This document shows, in pieces, positions 37,723 to 47,701 of a stretch of 64,000 nt of DNA. This stretch comes from Actinomycetota bacterium (GTDB lineage Bacteria; Actinomycetota; Acidimicrobiia; Acidimicrobiales; Ilumatobacteraceae). The DNA lies in the NCBI GenBank assembly GCA_041181005.1, contig JBEGQL010000032.1:13082-77081 (forward strand), read 5' to 3'. The notes beneath the pieces are model-generated. The model had not been told where the DNA came from. It saw nothing but the letters and a program-made list of their open reading frames with translations, and did not search any database. The position numbers and the translations under genes were made by a program. The first letter of the stretch is position 1; the number at the start of each line of letters is the position of its first letter.

Positions 37723-38542
37723 GGTTCCGGCGGCGTGGACGCTCGCCGAGTTCGTCGTGGGCAGGGACCGCAGCGAACTTCTTGCGGACGGCCTCTGGGC
37801 ACTCGGCGTGGTCGCGGTTGAGGAGTCGACGGCGTCGGACGGACGCACACTCCTGCGCACGAGCGTTGACGAGTCAGTCACCGGGGCGGTATCCGCACTG
37901 GCGGGGGCGCACGGCGCGCAGCTGACGTGGGTGTCCGTCCCGACACATGTCGCCGACACCTGGCGACGGCACGCAGTTCCGACCCCGGTCAGCGACGGTT
38001 TGTGGCTCGTCCCGGCGTGGGTCGAGCCGCCACCGGGAACGTCGGTTCTGGTGGAGCCGTTCGGCACCTTCGGGCTCGGCAACCACCCGACCACTGTGCT
38101 CGCGCTGCGGGCAGCAATGAGATGTGTGGATGAGCACTCGCTCGTACTCGACATGGGGAGCGGTTCGGGCGTCCTCGCTGTCGCGCTCGCAGTGACGACC
38201 GGAGTCACCTGTGAGTGCCACGACATCTCGGCGGCCGCCAGGGGAGCGCTCGAGCACAATGCCCGTCTGAACGGCGTCTCGGAGTCGGTTGGTTGGCGCG
38301 GTCCGCTCACTGATGCGGACGAGGGTCGCTACGACCTTGTGGTTGCGAACATCCTCGCCCCGGTGCTCCGTGGTCTCGCTCCCGAGCTGTCGACCGCAGT
38401 CCGTCGCGGCGGTGTCATAGTGCTCAGCGGCATCAGGGCCGACCAGGCAGATGCGGTGACTGCCACCTACGACGGCACCACGGTCGAGGCAGTCGAGGAC
38501 CGCGACGGATGGGTGGCCGTCACCCTGCGCAGGGACGACTGA
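37715..38542 (+). CDS. prmA: PrmA-like (ribosomal protein L11) SAM-dependent methyltransferase
   Basis: FGLGNHPTT, VLDMGSGSGVLAVA, DLVVANIL motifs; TTG 37715 start is a guess. Confidence 0.7.
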   Translation: MTEVPAAWTLAEFVVGRDRSELLADGLWALGVVAVEESTASDGRTLLRTSVDESVTGAVSALAGAHGAQLTWVSVPTHVADTWRRHAVPTPVSDGLWLVPAWVEPPPGTSVLVEPFGTFGLGNHPTTVLALRAAMRCVDEHSLVLDMGSGSGVLAVALAVTTGVTCECHDISAAARGALEHNARLNGVSESVGWRGPLTDADEGRYDLVVANILAPVLRGLAPELSTAVRRGGVIVLSGIRADQADAVTATYDGTTVEAVEDRDGWVAVTLRRDD

Positions 38543-38848
38543 TCAGGAGATGTTGCGTGCGCGCACGCCGATGGGAGCAATGAGCCTGAATCCCGCGGCG
38601 TGGCGTTCTTCCTCGGATTCCCCTCCCCAGAAGCCGTACTCGCGGTTGCGCCGGGCAAAGTCCCTGCAGTCGACCAGGACGGGACAGGAATGACAGACCT
38701 CGCGGGCCTGTGCCTCGCGACGCTCGCGGGCCTGCGGACGTTCTGCTGCGGGTGGGAAGAAGACCTCCGTCATCCCCTTGCACTGGGCGTCGCCGGTCCA
38801 CACGTAGTCATCCCACGCTCTGAAGGCAAACAGTTCGCCTGTGGCCAT
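38543..38848 (-). CDS. whiB: WhiB-family (Wbl) Fe-S transcriptional regulator
   Basis: Four Cys (C-x(n)-C-x2-C-x5-C: AQCKG...VCHSCPVLVDC) and G(F/V)WGG turn; ATG 38848 with upstream GGGGGA. Confidence 0.88.
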   Translation of the reverse strand: MATGELFAFRAWDDYVWTGDAQCKGMTEVFFPPAAERPQARERREAQAREVCHSCPVLVDCRDFARRNREYGFWGGESEEERHAAGFRLIAPIGVRARNIS

Positions 38849-38924
38849 CGCCGTCCCCCGATCCGAACAATGCGATTGTCGCCTCCCGGGCTGCCGGCGG
38901 TCAATTTCGCCGCGCAAGAAACTC

Positions 38925-39980
38925 CTAGGACCGAAGCAGGGCCTCCCTGACCCCACTCGCGAAGGTCCGCACGTCGGATTCGGTGGTGTCCCAGGAGGTC
39001 ATCCAGCGCACCTGGCCGGACGGGAGGTCCCAGTCCCAGAAGAAACTCCAGGCCTGGAGCTCGACCCGGGCGGCGGGGGAGAGGTACGGGTACATGCTGT
39101 TCACCTGGGGCGGTTGCAGGCGCAGCTCGTCGAGGTCTGACACGAGAGAATGCAGGAGCGAGGCCATCTCGTTCGCGTGGGCCGCCGTGGAGAGCCACAG
39201 GTCGTTCTCGAGTGCCGCCACGAACTGTGCAGCCGGGTAACGCATTTTCGACGGGAGTTGGCCCGCCTGCTTGCGCAGGAACTCGGCGCGCCCGTCGGCG
39301 ATCCCCGGGCGCAGCAGCACCACCTCGGCACCGAGCATGCCGTTCTTGGTGCCGCCGAAGCTCACCGCATCCACCCCCGCGCCGAACGTGAGCCGTCGGA
39401 ACGTCTCGCGCCCCCCGCCGATCGCAGCGACTGCGTTCGCGATGCGTGCGCCATCGAGATGCACCCGCAGACCGCGACGTGAGGCTGCCTCACAGACGGC
39501 AGTGATCTCGTCGACGGTGTACAGGGTGCCTAGTTCGGTTGCCTGCGTGACGGACACAACTCCGGGTTGGACATGGTGGACGTTCCCGAGTGCGCCGCAC
39601 GCCGCCTCGACGTCTGCCGAGGTGATCTTGGCCGTGGGGGAGGCCACGTCCTGCAGCTTTGCCCCGAGGAAACGCTCGGGTGCACCCGTCTCGTCCACGT
39701 TGATGTGGGACCACGATGTGCACAACACCGACTCGGCCCGGCCGAGCAGACACGACAGAGCGACGACGTTGGCTCCGGTCCCGCCGAAGGTGAAGAGAAC
39801 CTCGACATCGAGACCGCACAGCTCGCGGAACGCCTCCACGGCTGCCCTCGTCACCGCGTCCCCGCCGTATGCCATCGCATGACCGTCGTTCACGGAGGAG
39901 ATCGCCTCCAGGTACCGGGGGTGCACGCCCGAGAAGTTGTCGCTCGCGAACAGTCGGACCGGAGGCGGCGAAGATGGCAC
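38925..39980 (-). CDS. ltaE: low-specificity L-threonine aldolase (PLP, beta-eliminating lyase family)
   Basis: FASDNFSGVHP, AYGGD, FGGTKNG (PLP lysine) motifs. Confidence 0.85.
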   Translation of the reverse strand: MPSSPPPVRLFASDNFSGVHPRYLEAISSVNDGHAMAYGGDAVTRAAVEAFRELCGLDVEVLFTFGGTGANVVALSCLLGRAESVLCTSWSHINVDETGAPERFLGAKLQDVASPTAKITSADVEAACGALGNVHHVQPGVVSVTQATELGTLYTVDEITAVCEAASRRGLRVHLDGARIANAVAAIGGGRETFRRLTFGAGVDAVSFGGTKNGMLGAEVVLLRPGIADGRAEFLRKQAGQLPSKMRYPAAQFVAALENDLWLSTAAHANEMASLLHSLVSDLDELRLQPPQVNSMYPYLSPAARVELQAWSFFWDWDLPSGQVRWMTSWDTTESDVRTFASGVREALLRS

Positions 39981-40000
39981 GGCGCGATGCTACCCACGGT

Positions 40001-40006
40001 TAGTTT
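40001..40006 (+). promoter_or_regulatory. candidate -10 element TAGTTT positioned for a leaderless transcript of the 40013 ORF
   Basis: TANNNT hexamer occupies -12..-7 relative to the A of ATG 40013; only 32 nt separate this ATG from the divergent ltaE start. Confidence 0.3.
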
Positions 40007-40012
40007 TTCGTC

Positions 40013-40393
40013 ATGACGAAACCCAGCCCGCAACAGAGGAGCAGGGACGTGACTGCGGGGATGCGCCGGTGCTCATGGTGCAGGCATCCCATCGCGCGGT
40101 CCGACGGCCCGGGACGGCCCAAGAAGTTCTGCAGCCAGAAGTGCAGGCAGTGGGACTGGGTGTCGCGTCAACGCGCAGCGGAACTCGAGCTGTCGGAGAA
40201 CGAGCTCGTCATCGCACGGTCTGAACTGGACGAGCTCAAGGATCTCGTGTTCGTTCTGCAGTGCGCGGTTCAGGACGTGCAGGGCGACCTCGCATCAGGC
40301 CGCCACACCCTGCAGTCGCTGAGGGAGCTGCTGGAGTGGCTCCTTGAGGCCGCGGAACCTGTGACGGCAGCCTCGTTGGGCAGACCCGCCTGA
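40013..40393 (+). CDS. hypothetical zinc-ribbon plus coiled-coil protein
   Basis: C20-x2-C23-x16-C40-x3-C44 with GRPKKFCSQKCRQ, followed by heptad-like helical segment; 126 aa. Confidence 0.55.
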   Translation: MTKPSPQQRSRDVTAGMRRCSWCRHPIARSDGPGRPKKFCSQKCRQWDWVSRQRAAELELSENELVIARSELDELKDLVFVLQCAVQDVQGDLASGRHTLQSLRELLEWLLEAAEPVTAASLGRPA

Positions 40394-40501
40394 TCGAGTC
40401 TGCATTGTTGCCCATAATCTCCGTTATGTAACTTAAAGACACAGCGAGTCCCGGATGGGATTCGTGCAGGCCTGGGGGCACGGTGCGCCTACTCTCCCCC
40501 C

Positions 40502-41770
40502 GTGGTTGCACACGAACCGTTCATCGGGCCGGGACAGGCTGCTGAGGGCGTTCTGGCGTCACTCGAGGCACTCAGAGGCCACGACGTGCGCTGGCGTGAC
40601 GGTCGGGCGTTCTCCCTCGCATACAGCGCCGGACCCGGGGTGCTTGCGCTGTCCGAGGAGGCCTACAGGCGGTTCTCCGGGGAGAACGCCCTGAACATGT
40701 CCGCCTTCCCGTCGCTGCGGGAGATGCACAACGACGTGGTCGCCACCGGCCTGCGGTGGGTCCACGGAGACGCTGATGCGGCAGGCTTCATGACCTCGGG
40801 CGGCACCGAGAGCCTCGTGCTCACTGTGCGGGCCGCTGTGAGACGGGCCGAGCGCGAGGGACGCCCACTCACGAAACCGAACATGGTGCTGCCCAACACG
40901 GCGCATGCCGCTCTCGAGAAGGGAGCTGATTATTTCGGCGTGGAGAGCAGACGTGTCGATGTGGGACCCGACTGGCGCGCGGATACCGCAGCGATGCTCC
41001 GTGCAATCGACGACCAGACGGTGCTCGTTGTGGCGAGTGCCCCGTCCTACCCGCAGGGCGTCGTGGACGACATCCCTCCCCTGGCAGCCGAAGCTGCGGC
41101 ACGCCGGATCAACTGCCACGTCGATGCCTGCATGGGTGGCGTCACTCTCCCCTACATGGAGCGGGCCGGTGAACCCGTCGCGCCGTGGGACTTCCGCGTG
41201 GACGGCGTCACGTCGATCTCCGTCGACCTGCACAAGTACGGGTACGCAGCGAAGGGCTCGGGACTGCTCCTGCACCGCAACAAGTTCCTCCGTGCCGACC
41301 AGACGTTCGTCACCGACAACTGGCTGGGGGGCACCTACGGTTCGTCGGGAATCCTCGGCACGAAGTCCGGCGGCCCGATCGCGTCTTCCTGGGCCGTCAT
41401 GCGGCACCTGGGCGACGACGGCTACCAGCGCCTCACCGACTCTGCACGTGCGACTGCCTTGGCCATCGCCCGGCACCTAGAGGGTCACCCGGTGCTTCGT
41501 CTGCGTGCACTCCCCGACTCAACACTCGTCTGCATCGGGTTGCGTGATGATTTGCGTCATGACGATATTGCGCCCGATGTGTACGCGGTGGCCGACGGCC
41601 TCGCGGCAAGGGGTTGGTATGTCGACCGTCAGGCCCCGCCCAGGAGCATCCATCTCACGGTGAATGCAGTGCACGCTGAGGTGCTGACAGAGTTCCTCCA
41701 CGACCTCGACGAGGTCTCTGACTCCGTCGTCGGTCCGGGGTCCGAGGGTGGTTACGCCGTCATCGAATGA
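40502..41770 (+). CDS. PLP-dependent group II decarboxylase (sphingosine-1-phosphate lyase/glutamate decarboxylase-like)
   Basis: SGGTESL, SISVDLHKYGYAAKG (PLP lysine) motifs; GTG 40502. Confidence 0.8.
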   Translation: MVAHEPFIGPGQAAEGVLASLEALRGHDVRWRDGRAFSLAYSAGPGVLALSEEAYRRFSGENALNMSAFPSLREMHNDVVATGLRWVHGDADAAGFMTSGGTESLVLTVRAAVRRAEREGRPLTKPNMVLPNTAHAALEKGADYFGVESRRVDVGPDWRADTAAMLRAIDDQTVLVVASAPSYPQGVVDDIPPLAAEAAARRINCHVDACMGGVTLPYMERAGEPVAPWDFRVDGVTSISVDLHKYGYAAKGSGLLLHRNKFLRADQTFVTDNWLGGTYGSSGILGTKSGGPIASSWAVMRHLGDDGYQRLTDSARATALAIARHLEGHPVLRLRALPDSTLVCIGLRDDLRHDDIAPDVYAVADGLAARGWYVDRQAPPRSIHLTVNAVHAEVLTEFLHDLDEVSDSVVGPGSEGGYAVIE

Positions 41771-41784
41771 GCAGGTGGATGCCG

Positions 41785-42549
41785 TCAGGCGTTCGCATCG
41801 AGTGCGCCGCGGATCACCTCGACGAGAGAGGCCATCTCGGCCCGCTCCTCGCCCGTGAGAACGTCGTATCCGGCTGCCTGCAGGGTGTCGGTGAGTTCCT
41901 CTGCCTGCCTGCGGCGAGCCTGCAACGGCGATGCATCGGGATGACCCTCGCCGAACCCGCGCCGTGATGCCTCCTTCACGCCGGTTGCCGGGTCGGGATA
42001 GCCGGTGAGGATTGCCTGCGCAGGGGTGAGTCCGCTCGCGCGCACCGCCACAACGTGTTCGCTCCCCCGCCACTCGCGAAGCAGGCACAGGTTCCAGTAC
42101 GCCCGACCGGCGACATCCGAGGGGGCAGGCTCCGCGCGGAGCGCGACGAAAAGTGACAGTGCCGAGCCGTCAACCGAGTGCATGACCTTCTCCGCGAGCT
42201 CGTTGAACCTCTCGAGCCCGGCTGTGCCCTGGAGCCGCTTGCGACCGAACGCTGCACATGCGGCTGCGTATCGGGAACCTGCGGCGCGGGCACCCTCCGT
42301 CTTCAGACCTGTCTCCCACATCAGCCGCACCATCGGCTCCCCGAAGAACCCGAAGGCGGCGGCAACCACCGAGGCATCGACGTCGCCGAGGACCCCTCCC
42401 CTCCCGGTGAAGTACCAGGCCCAACCGTTCTCGTATCCCGCCTCCGTGCCGACAGCGGCGGTCTCGGGATGGAGCATGTAGCGCGCGCCGAGACCTCCGA
42501 TCGTGGCGGCAGTGGACCGGACAAGTTCGAGCGACGTCATCTGTGTCAT
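41785..42549 (-). CDS. conserved actinobacterial hypothetical protein (SCO6745-family-like helical protein)
   Basis: ATG 42549; YFTGRGGVLGDVDASVVAAAFGFFGEPMV pattern recalled from that family; product uncertain. Confidence 0.55.
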   Translation of the reverse strand: MTQMTSLELVRSTAATIGGLGARYMLHPETAAVGTEAGYENGWAWYFTGRGGVLGDVDASVVAAAFGFFGEPMVRLMWETGLKTEGARAAGSRYAAACAAFGRKRLQGTAGLERFNELAEKVMHSVDGSALSLFVALRAEPAPSDVAGRAYWNLCLLREWRGSEHVVAVRASGLTPAQAILTGYPDPATGVKEASRRGFGEGHPDASPLQARRRQAEELTDTLQAAGYDVLTGEERAEMASLVEVIRGALDANA

Positions 42550-42624
42550 GGGTGACACCGTAGACCGCGCCGGGAGACCTCGGTGATGGCAGGGGGCTGG
42601 CTGGCACTGGGGTACCATCAACGC

Positions 42625-42788
42625 GTTCCCCTGGGAGAGAGCGGGAAACCGCCGCCGAAGGAGCAACCGCCCCGGAAACTCTCAGGCACCAGGGACCGGG
42701 GGAACGACATAGACGCTGGAAAGTGGGGTCCGCCCCCGCCGACGGGGAAAGCCGCGATGCGGCGAAACTCTCAGGCACGACGACAGCG
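42625..42788 (+). promoter_or_regulatory. tandem glycine riboswitch (two aptamers) in the gcvP leader
   Basis: Aptamer 1: P1 GUUCCCC/GGGGAAC enclosing GGGAGAG...CGCCGAAGGAGCAA...CUCUCAGGCACCAGGGAC; aptamer 2: P1 CGCUG/CAGCG enclosing CUGGAAAG...CGCCGACGGGGAAAG...CUCUCAGGCACGACGACAG; AAGGAG SD and ATG 42813 follow. Confidence 0.85.
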
Positions 42789-42812
42789 GGGGTGAACCTG
42801 CAAGGAGTCCCC

Positions 42813-45665
42813 ATGAACGCGTCGTCCACCGAATTCTTCACTGAGCGCCACCTCGGTCTCACCGACTCCGATCGGAACGAGATGCTCCGCGTCATCGGTC
42901 AGCCCTCGCTCGAGGCACTCGTGCACGCAACCGTCCCGTCGTCGATCCTCCTCGAGGGTCCACTCGACCTCCACAGTCCGGTGCCCGAGGCTGAGGTGCT
43001 CGCCCGACTCGCGGCCCACTTCGAGGGAGTCCGCAAGCGCCGTTCGTTCATCGGCCAGGGCTACTACCCCACCGTGACACCGCCGGTGATCAAGCGGAAC
43101 GTGCTCGAGAACCCGGCGTGGTACACCGCCTACACCCCGTACCAGCCCGAGATCAGCCAGGGTCGGCTCGAGGCACTCCTCAACTTCCAGACGATGGTCA
43201 CCGAGCTCACCGGCCTGCCACTTGCGAACGCATCACTGCTCGACGAGGCCACGGCGGTCGCAGAGGCGATCACGATGGCGATGCGGGTCTCGAGATCAGA
43301 GGCACCGTCCGTGCTCATCGACTCGAACACCCACCCCCAGACGATCGCGGTGGTGCGGACACGGATGGAACCGATCGGTGTTCCCGTGCAGGTCGGCTCG
43401 CTGGAGGAGTTCGACGGCGCCAGGCACTTCGCCGTTGTCGTCAGTCAACCCGGGAGCGACGGGCTGGTACGTGACCCGGATCGTCTCGCGGAGTTCGTTG
43501 GTTCGGTCCACGCAGTCGGTGGAGTTGCCGTTGCAGCGACCGATCTCCTCGCACTGACCCTCATCGTGCCGCCCGGACAGACCGGCTTCGACATCGCGGT
43601 GGGGTCGTCGCAGCGGTTCGGGATTCCGCTCGGGTTCGGGGGCCCGCACGCCGCGTTCATGGCGTGTCTCGAGAGCCATGCCCGTTCCCTGCCCGGACGT
43701 CTCGTCGGGGTGAGCACCGACACGGCGGGTCGTCCCGCACTGCGACTCACGTTGCAGACACGGGAGCAGCACATCCGCCGCGAGAAGGCCACATCCAACA
43801 TCTGCACCTCCCAGGTCCTTCTGGCGAACATGGCGGGGATGTACGGGGTGTGGCACGGACCTGACGGCCTGCGCCGGATCGCCGGGCGTGTCCACTCGCA
43901 TGCACGGATGCTGGCCAGCTCCGCCGTTGCTTCGGGAGCCACATTGATGAACGGTTCTTTCTTCGACACCGTGTGCCTCGAGGTCGGTGACGCTGCATCT
44001 GTCGTTGCGGCGGTGCGGGAGGCAGGGATGAACATCCGCATGCTCGACCCCACCCACGTGTCGGTCAGCATGGACGAGACCACGACGCAGGCCGATGTTG
44101 CCGCACTGACTCGCGCCCTCAGGTTCGAACCGGCCCCGGAACCCGGCGAGTTCGGGCTCTGCGACGATTTCGTGCGCACAGACGACTTCATGACGCAGTC
44201 GGTGTTCCATGCGCACCGTTCGGAGCACTCCATGCTGCGCTATCTCCGTCGGCTCGCCGACAAGGACCTCGCCCTCGACCGCACCATGATCCCTCTCGGG
44301 TCCTGCACGATGAAGCTGAACTCCACCACGGAGATGGCTCCCGTCACGTGGGAGGAGTTCACCTCCGTCCATCCCTACGCACCGCAGGACGAGACCGAGG
44401 GCCTGCGCCGCGTGGTCACCGAGCTCGAACAGATGCTTGTCGAGATCACCGGGTACGCCGCGGTCAGCCTCCAGCCGAACGCCGGCAGTCAGGGCGAGTT
44501 CGCGGGCCTCCTCGCCATCCGCGGGTACCACCGCTCGCGGGGTGATGTGGGCCGCACCGTGTGCCTCATCCCGGAGAGTGCCCACGGAACGAACGCCGCG
44601 AGCGCCGTCATGGCGGGCATGAAGGTCGTCCCGGTGAAGTGCGACAACAACGGCAACATCGACATGGACGACTTGACCGCGAAGGCCGCGGCCGCCGGTT
44701 CCACACTCGCCGCCGTGATGGTGACATATCCCTCGACCCACGGAGTGTTCGAGGAGTCAATCACCGACCTGTGCGATGTCATCCACGCCCACGGCGGGCA
44801 GGTCTACGTTGATGGCGCCAACCTGAACGCATTGGTCGGTCTCGCCCAGCCGGGCAACTTCGGTGCAGACGTCAGTCATCTCAACCTTCACAAGACCTTC
44901 TGCATCCCGCACGGAGGCGGTGGGCCGGGTGTCGGACCTGTCGCAGTGGGTGCGCATCTCGCCCCGTTCCTTCCGGGGGACCCGGTAGGTCCGCCGTCGG
45001 CCGTCGGTCCTGTGTCGGCCGCAGCGCACGGTTCGGCGTCCATTCTCGGCATCCCGTGGGTGTACATCACGATGATGGGTCCCGACGGACTGCGCCGCGC
45101 GACGGTCGATGCGATCCTCGCTGCCAACTACGTCGCCGCGAGGCTTCGGGACCACTTCCCGGTCCTCTACACGGGAAAGAACGGGACAGTGGCCCATGAG
45201 TGCATCCTCAACGTCGCGGAGGTGCTCAAGGGAACCGGCCTCACGGTCGACGACATCGCCAAGCGACTGATGGACCATTGTTTCCACGCCCCCACCATGA
45301 GCTTCCCCGTCGCGAACACCCTGATGGTCGAGCCGACCGAGAGTGAGCCGCTTGCCGAGCTCAACAGATTCTGCGATGCGATGATCTCGATCGCTGCCGA
45401 GGTGGACGACGTGCGGAGAGGGACACTGTCGGCAGACGACAGTCCGCTCCGACATGCGCCGCACACTGTCGAGGATCTGACCGGCGAGTGGGACAGGCGA
45501 TACGGCAGGGACGTCGCCCTCTACCCTCTCCCCGGGCTGAGGGCACGCGGTTACTTCCCGCCGGTGTCGCGCATCGACGCGGCGTTCGGCGACCGGAACC
45601 TGGTGTGCACGTGCGGCCCGATCCAGGACTATGCCGAGTCCCTGTCGGGTACCGTGACGGGGTGA
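42813..45665 (+). CDS. gcvP: glycine dehydrogenase (decarboxylating), full-length P protein
   Basis: [37 protein letters not shown] (PLP lysine) motifs; ATG 42813 after AAGGAG; ORF-track start 42723 lies inside the riboswitch. Confidence 0.95.
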   Translation: MNASSTEFFTERHLGLTDSDRNEMLRVIGQPSLEALVHATVPSSILLEGPLDLHSPVPEAEVLARLAAHFEGVRKRRSFIGQGYYPTVTPPVIKRNVLENPAWYTAYTPYQPEISQGRLEALLNFQTMVTELTGLPLANASLLDEATAVAEAITMAMRVSRSEAPSVLIDSNTHPQTIAVVRTRMEPIGVPVQVGSLEEFDGARHFAVVVSQPGSDGLVRDPDRLAEFVGSVHAVGGVAVAATDLLALTLIVPPGQTGFDIAVGSSQRFGIPLGFGGPHAAFMACLESHARSLPGRLVGVSTDTAGRPALRLTLQTREQHIRREKATSNICTSQVLLANMAGMYGVWHGPDGLRRIAGRVHSHARMLASSAVASGATLMNGSFFDTVCLEVGDAASVVAAVREAGMNIRMLDPTHVSVSMDETTTQADVAALTRALRFEPAPEPGEFGLCDDFVRTDDFMTQSVFHAHRSEHSMLRYLRRLADKDLALDRTMIPLGSCTMKLNSTTEMAPVTWEEFTSVHPYAPQDETEGLRRVVTELEQMLVEITGYAAVSLQPNAGSQGEFAGLLAIRGYHRSRGDVGRTVCLIPESAHGTNAASAVMAGMKVVPVKCDNNGNIDMDDLTAKAAAAGSTLAAVMVTYPSTHGVFEESITDLCDVIHAHGGQVYVDGANLNALVGLAQPGNFGADVSHLNLHKTFCIPHGGGGPGVGPVAVGAHLAPFLPGDPVGPPSAVGPVSAAAHGSASILGIPWVYITMMGPDGLRRATVDAILAANYVAARLRDHFPVLYTGKNGTVAHECILNVAEVLKGTGLTVDDIAKRLMDHCFHAPTMSFPVANTLMVEPTESEPLAELNRFCDAMISIAAEVDDVRRGTLSADDSPLRHAPHTVEDLTGEWDRRYGRDVALYPLPGLRARGYFPPVSRIDAAFGDRNLVCTCGPIQDYAESLSGTVTG

Positions 45666-46069
45666 GCGAGACCAGACCGTCCAACCCGATCGAGTCGATC
45701 CTCGCCCTCGCCTCTTCGCTCGATCCGATCGATCTGGCCTCCAAGGCTGTCGATGCCTCCCGGCGCACCACCGAATCGTTGATCAGCATCCTCGAGAACC
45801 TTGCTTCGACCGTCGACAACCTCAACCGCACCACGACGAGGGTGAATGCACTTCTCGACGAGGTGGAGGAGCCGCTGCGACGTGTCATGCCGCAGGTCGG
45901 GAACGCGATGAACGCCGCCGCGTCCATGGGCGAGATCGCCGCGGCCCTCGGCGAACTCACCAAGCGCCTCTCGCCGCTCGTCAGCCTCGCGGAGAATGCA
46001 GGCGGTCTGTTCGGGATCCGCTTGCCACGACCGGGAGGGTCCGTTCCGCCGTCCGAGCCGGCCCCCTGA
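45662..46069 (+). CDS. hypothetical helical protein translationally coupled to gcvP
   Basis: GTG 45662 overlaps gcvP TGA (GTGA); 135 codons with coding-like GC3; no motif. Confidence 0.5.
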   Translation: MSETRPSNPIESILALASSLDPIDLASKAVDASRRTTESLISILENLASTVDNLNRTTTRVNALLDEVEEPLRRVMPQVGNAMNAAASMGEIAAALGELTKRLSPLVSLAENAGGLFGIRLPRPGGSVPPSEPAP

Positions 46070-46085
46070 GGAGAAACCGGTACTA

Positions 46086-47150
46086 CTACTTCTTCTTCTC
46101 GACGAACGGCAGCCTGCACACCACGGCCGGCAGCACACTCCCCCGCACGTCGACCCCCACTGCGGTCCCCGCCGGGGTACCCGGCGGAAGAAAGGCCATC
46201 GCAATGCAGTGGCCGAGCGTCGGTGAGAAGTTCCCGCTGCTGACCGTTCCGATCGGCTGGCCCTCACCGTTCAGGACCGTGCTTCCGTCCCGCGCGGGTC
46301 GCCTGCCCTCGATGGACAGCCCGGTCAAGAGCCTGCGCGGCCCTGTTCGCCTCTCCTCGTGGAGCGCCTCGCGACCCCTGAACAGGGGCTTGTCCCACGC
46401 CACCACCCATCCGAGTCCTGCCTGCAGCGGGGTGATCCCCGGACCGAGCTCGTGTCCGTGCAGGGGCAGACCTGCCTCGAGGCGGAGTGTGTCGCGTGCG
46501 CCGAGTCCGGCAGGCACGGCGCCGCTGCTGCGGAGCCTGTTCCAGATTGTCGTTGCTGCGTCGCGGGGAACGGCGATCTCAACCCCGTCCTCGCCCGTGT
46601 ACCCGGTGCCGGCCACCGTGCACTCCACGCCGTCGATGTGCACCTTCGTCACCCTGAAACGCCCGGTGTCCGAGCCCTGCCGCGAGACCGACGACACCAC
46701 CTCCCGTGCTCGGGGACCCTGCACCGCGATGACTGCCCGGGAGTCCGTGGTGTCGGAACCGCCGATGGCACCGATGACTCTGGATGTGTTGGAGGCATTC
46801 GGCATCACGTCGAACACCTCGTCATCCAGCCACCACACGATGATGTCGTCGGCGACCGACGCATCGGAGTCCTCGAGGAGGTGGGTGTACTGGGCGCGAC
46901 CGGGGGTCACCTTGGTGAGGTCGTTGGTGAGGACGGACTGGAGCCTCGCGAGCGAACCCGGACCCTCGATCCGCACCGTACCGAGATGGCTGACGTCGAA
47001 CATCGCCGCGCCGGTCCGGCACGCGGAATGCTCGGCGAGCGTGCCTGACGGGTACGCAATCGGCATTTCCCATCCGCCGAAACCAGCCATCTTCGCCCCG
47101 AGGGCGCGGTGCTCGCCGTCGAGCGGTGACAGCCTTGCGTCAGACGGCAC
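46086..47150 (-). CDS. gcvT: glycine cleavage system T protein (aminomethyltransferase)
   Basis: SPLDGEHRALGAKMAGFGGWEMP, FDVSHLG, GYTGEDG motifs; GTG 47150 overlaps upstream MerR 3' end by 11 nt. Confidence 0.92.
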   Translation of the reverse strand: MPSDARLSPLDGEHRALGAKMAGFGGWEMPIAYPSGTLAEHSACRTGAAMFDVSHLGTVRIEGPGSLARLQSVLTNDLTKVTPGRAQYTHLLEDSDASVADDIIVWWLDDEVFDVMPNASNTSRVIGAIGGSDTTDSRAVIAVQGPRAREVVSSVSRQGSDTGRFRVTKVHIDGVECTVAGTGYTGEDGVEIAVPRDAATTIWNRLRSSGAVPAGLGARDTLRLEAGLPLHGHELGPGITPLQAGLGWVVAWDKPLFRGREALHEERRTGPRRLLTGLSIEGRRPARDGSTVLNGEGQPIGTVSSGNFSPTLGHCIAMAFLPPGTPAGTAVGVDVRGSVLPAVVCRLPFVEKKK

Positions 47151-47592
47151 GGGAAGGCGCGGTGCCGCCGGATGCCGTGTTCTTGCGGTCCTCGAGCAGG
47201 ATGATGCGCCGGTCGATCTCGTCCTTCACGCCGGCAAGGGGCAGCACGTTCAGGACACCCTGGCCGTGCCGGAGCACGTCGATCAGGTTCTCGCCGTCAC
47301 AGAACACCACCGACGAACCGTCGATCACGATGTGCGCGCTGCTGATCTCAGTGTCCACGTGCTCGCGCATGTACGCAAAGACATCGCGGACGCTGGTGAG
47401 CTTGATGCCCGAGTCGAGGAGGCGCTTCACGACCTTCAACTCGAGCAGGTCCTTGTACGTGTAACGGCGTCTGGAACCCGAACCTGTGGCGTCTGCCGCA
47501 GTGGGGCGGATGAGGTTCGTGCGCGCCCAGTAGTCGAGCTGTCGGTAGGTGATTCCCACGACGTCGGCCGCGGACTTCCCGCTGAATGTCAT
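47140..47592 (-). CDS. MerR family transcriptional regulator (Rv1830-like)
   Basis: HTH VVGITYRQLDYWARTNLIRP...RRYTYKDLLELKVVKRLL; ATG 47592. Confidence 0.85.
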   Translation of the reverse strand: MTFSGKSAADVVGITYRQLDYWARTNLIRPTAADATGSGSRRRYTYKDLLELKVVKRLLDSGIKLTSVRDVFAYMREHVDTEISSAHIVIDGSSVVFCDGENLIDVLRHGQGVLNVLPLAGVKDEIDRRIILLEDRKNTASGGTAPSRAV

Positions 47593-47701
47593 GTCCCTCA
47601 CGGCGACTCCCCTGTCTCTGTTCGATTCTGCCCGACTTGTTACAGCCGGGTAACTACGCAGGTGAAAGACGCTACGCCGCCCCGGGGGCTGTCGCAAGAG
47701 G

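Noticed and set aside
36217-38310. 697-aa minus-strand ORF overlapping the repeat protein, gamma-CA and prmA-like genes
   Set aside because: It is out of frame with, or antisense to, better-supported genes. Its composition is dominated by R/A/G/P. It contains the repeat only because it crosses the same DNA.
46070-46092. Trinucleotide run TACTACTACTTCTTCTTC between the unknown ORF and gcvT
   Set aside because: The TTC part is simply the Lys-Lys-Lys C-terminus and stop of gcvT read on the opposite strand. It is too short to be meaningful.
47593-47701. A second glycine riboswitch ahead of the MerR-gcvT pair
   Set aside because: The minus-strand sequence lacks the GGAGAG / CCGAAGG..CAA / CUCAGGCA cores seen upstream of gcvP. 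Only a promoter-like hexamer pair and a weak 5-bp inverted repeat are present.
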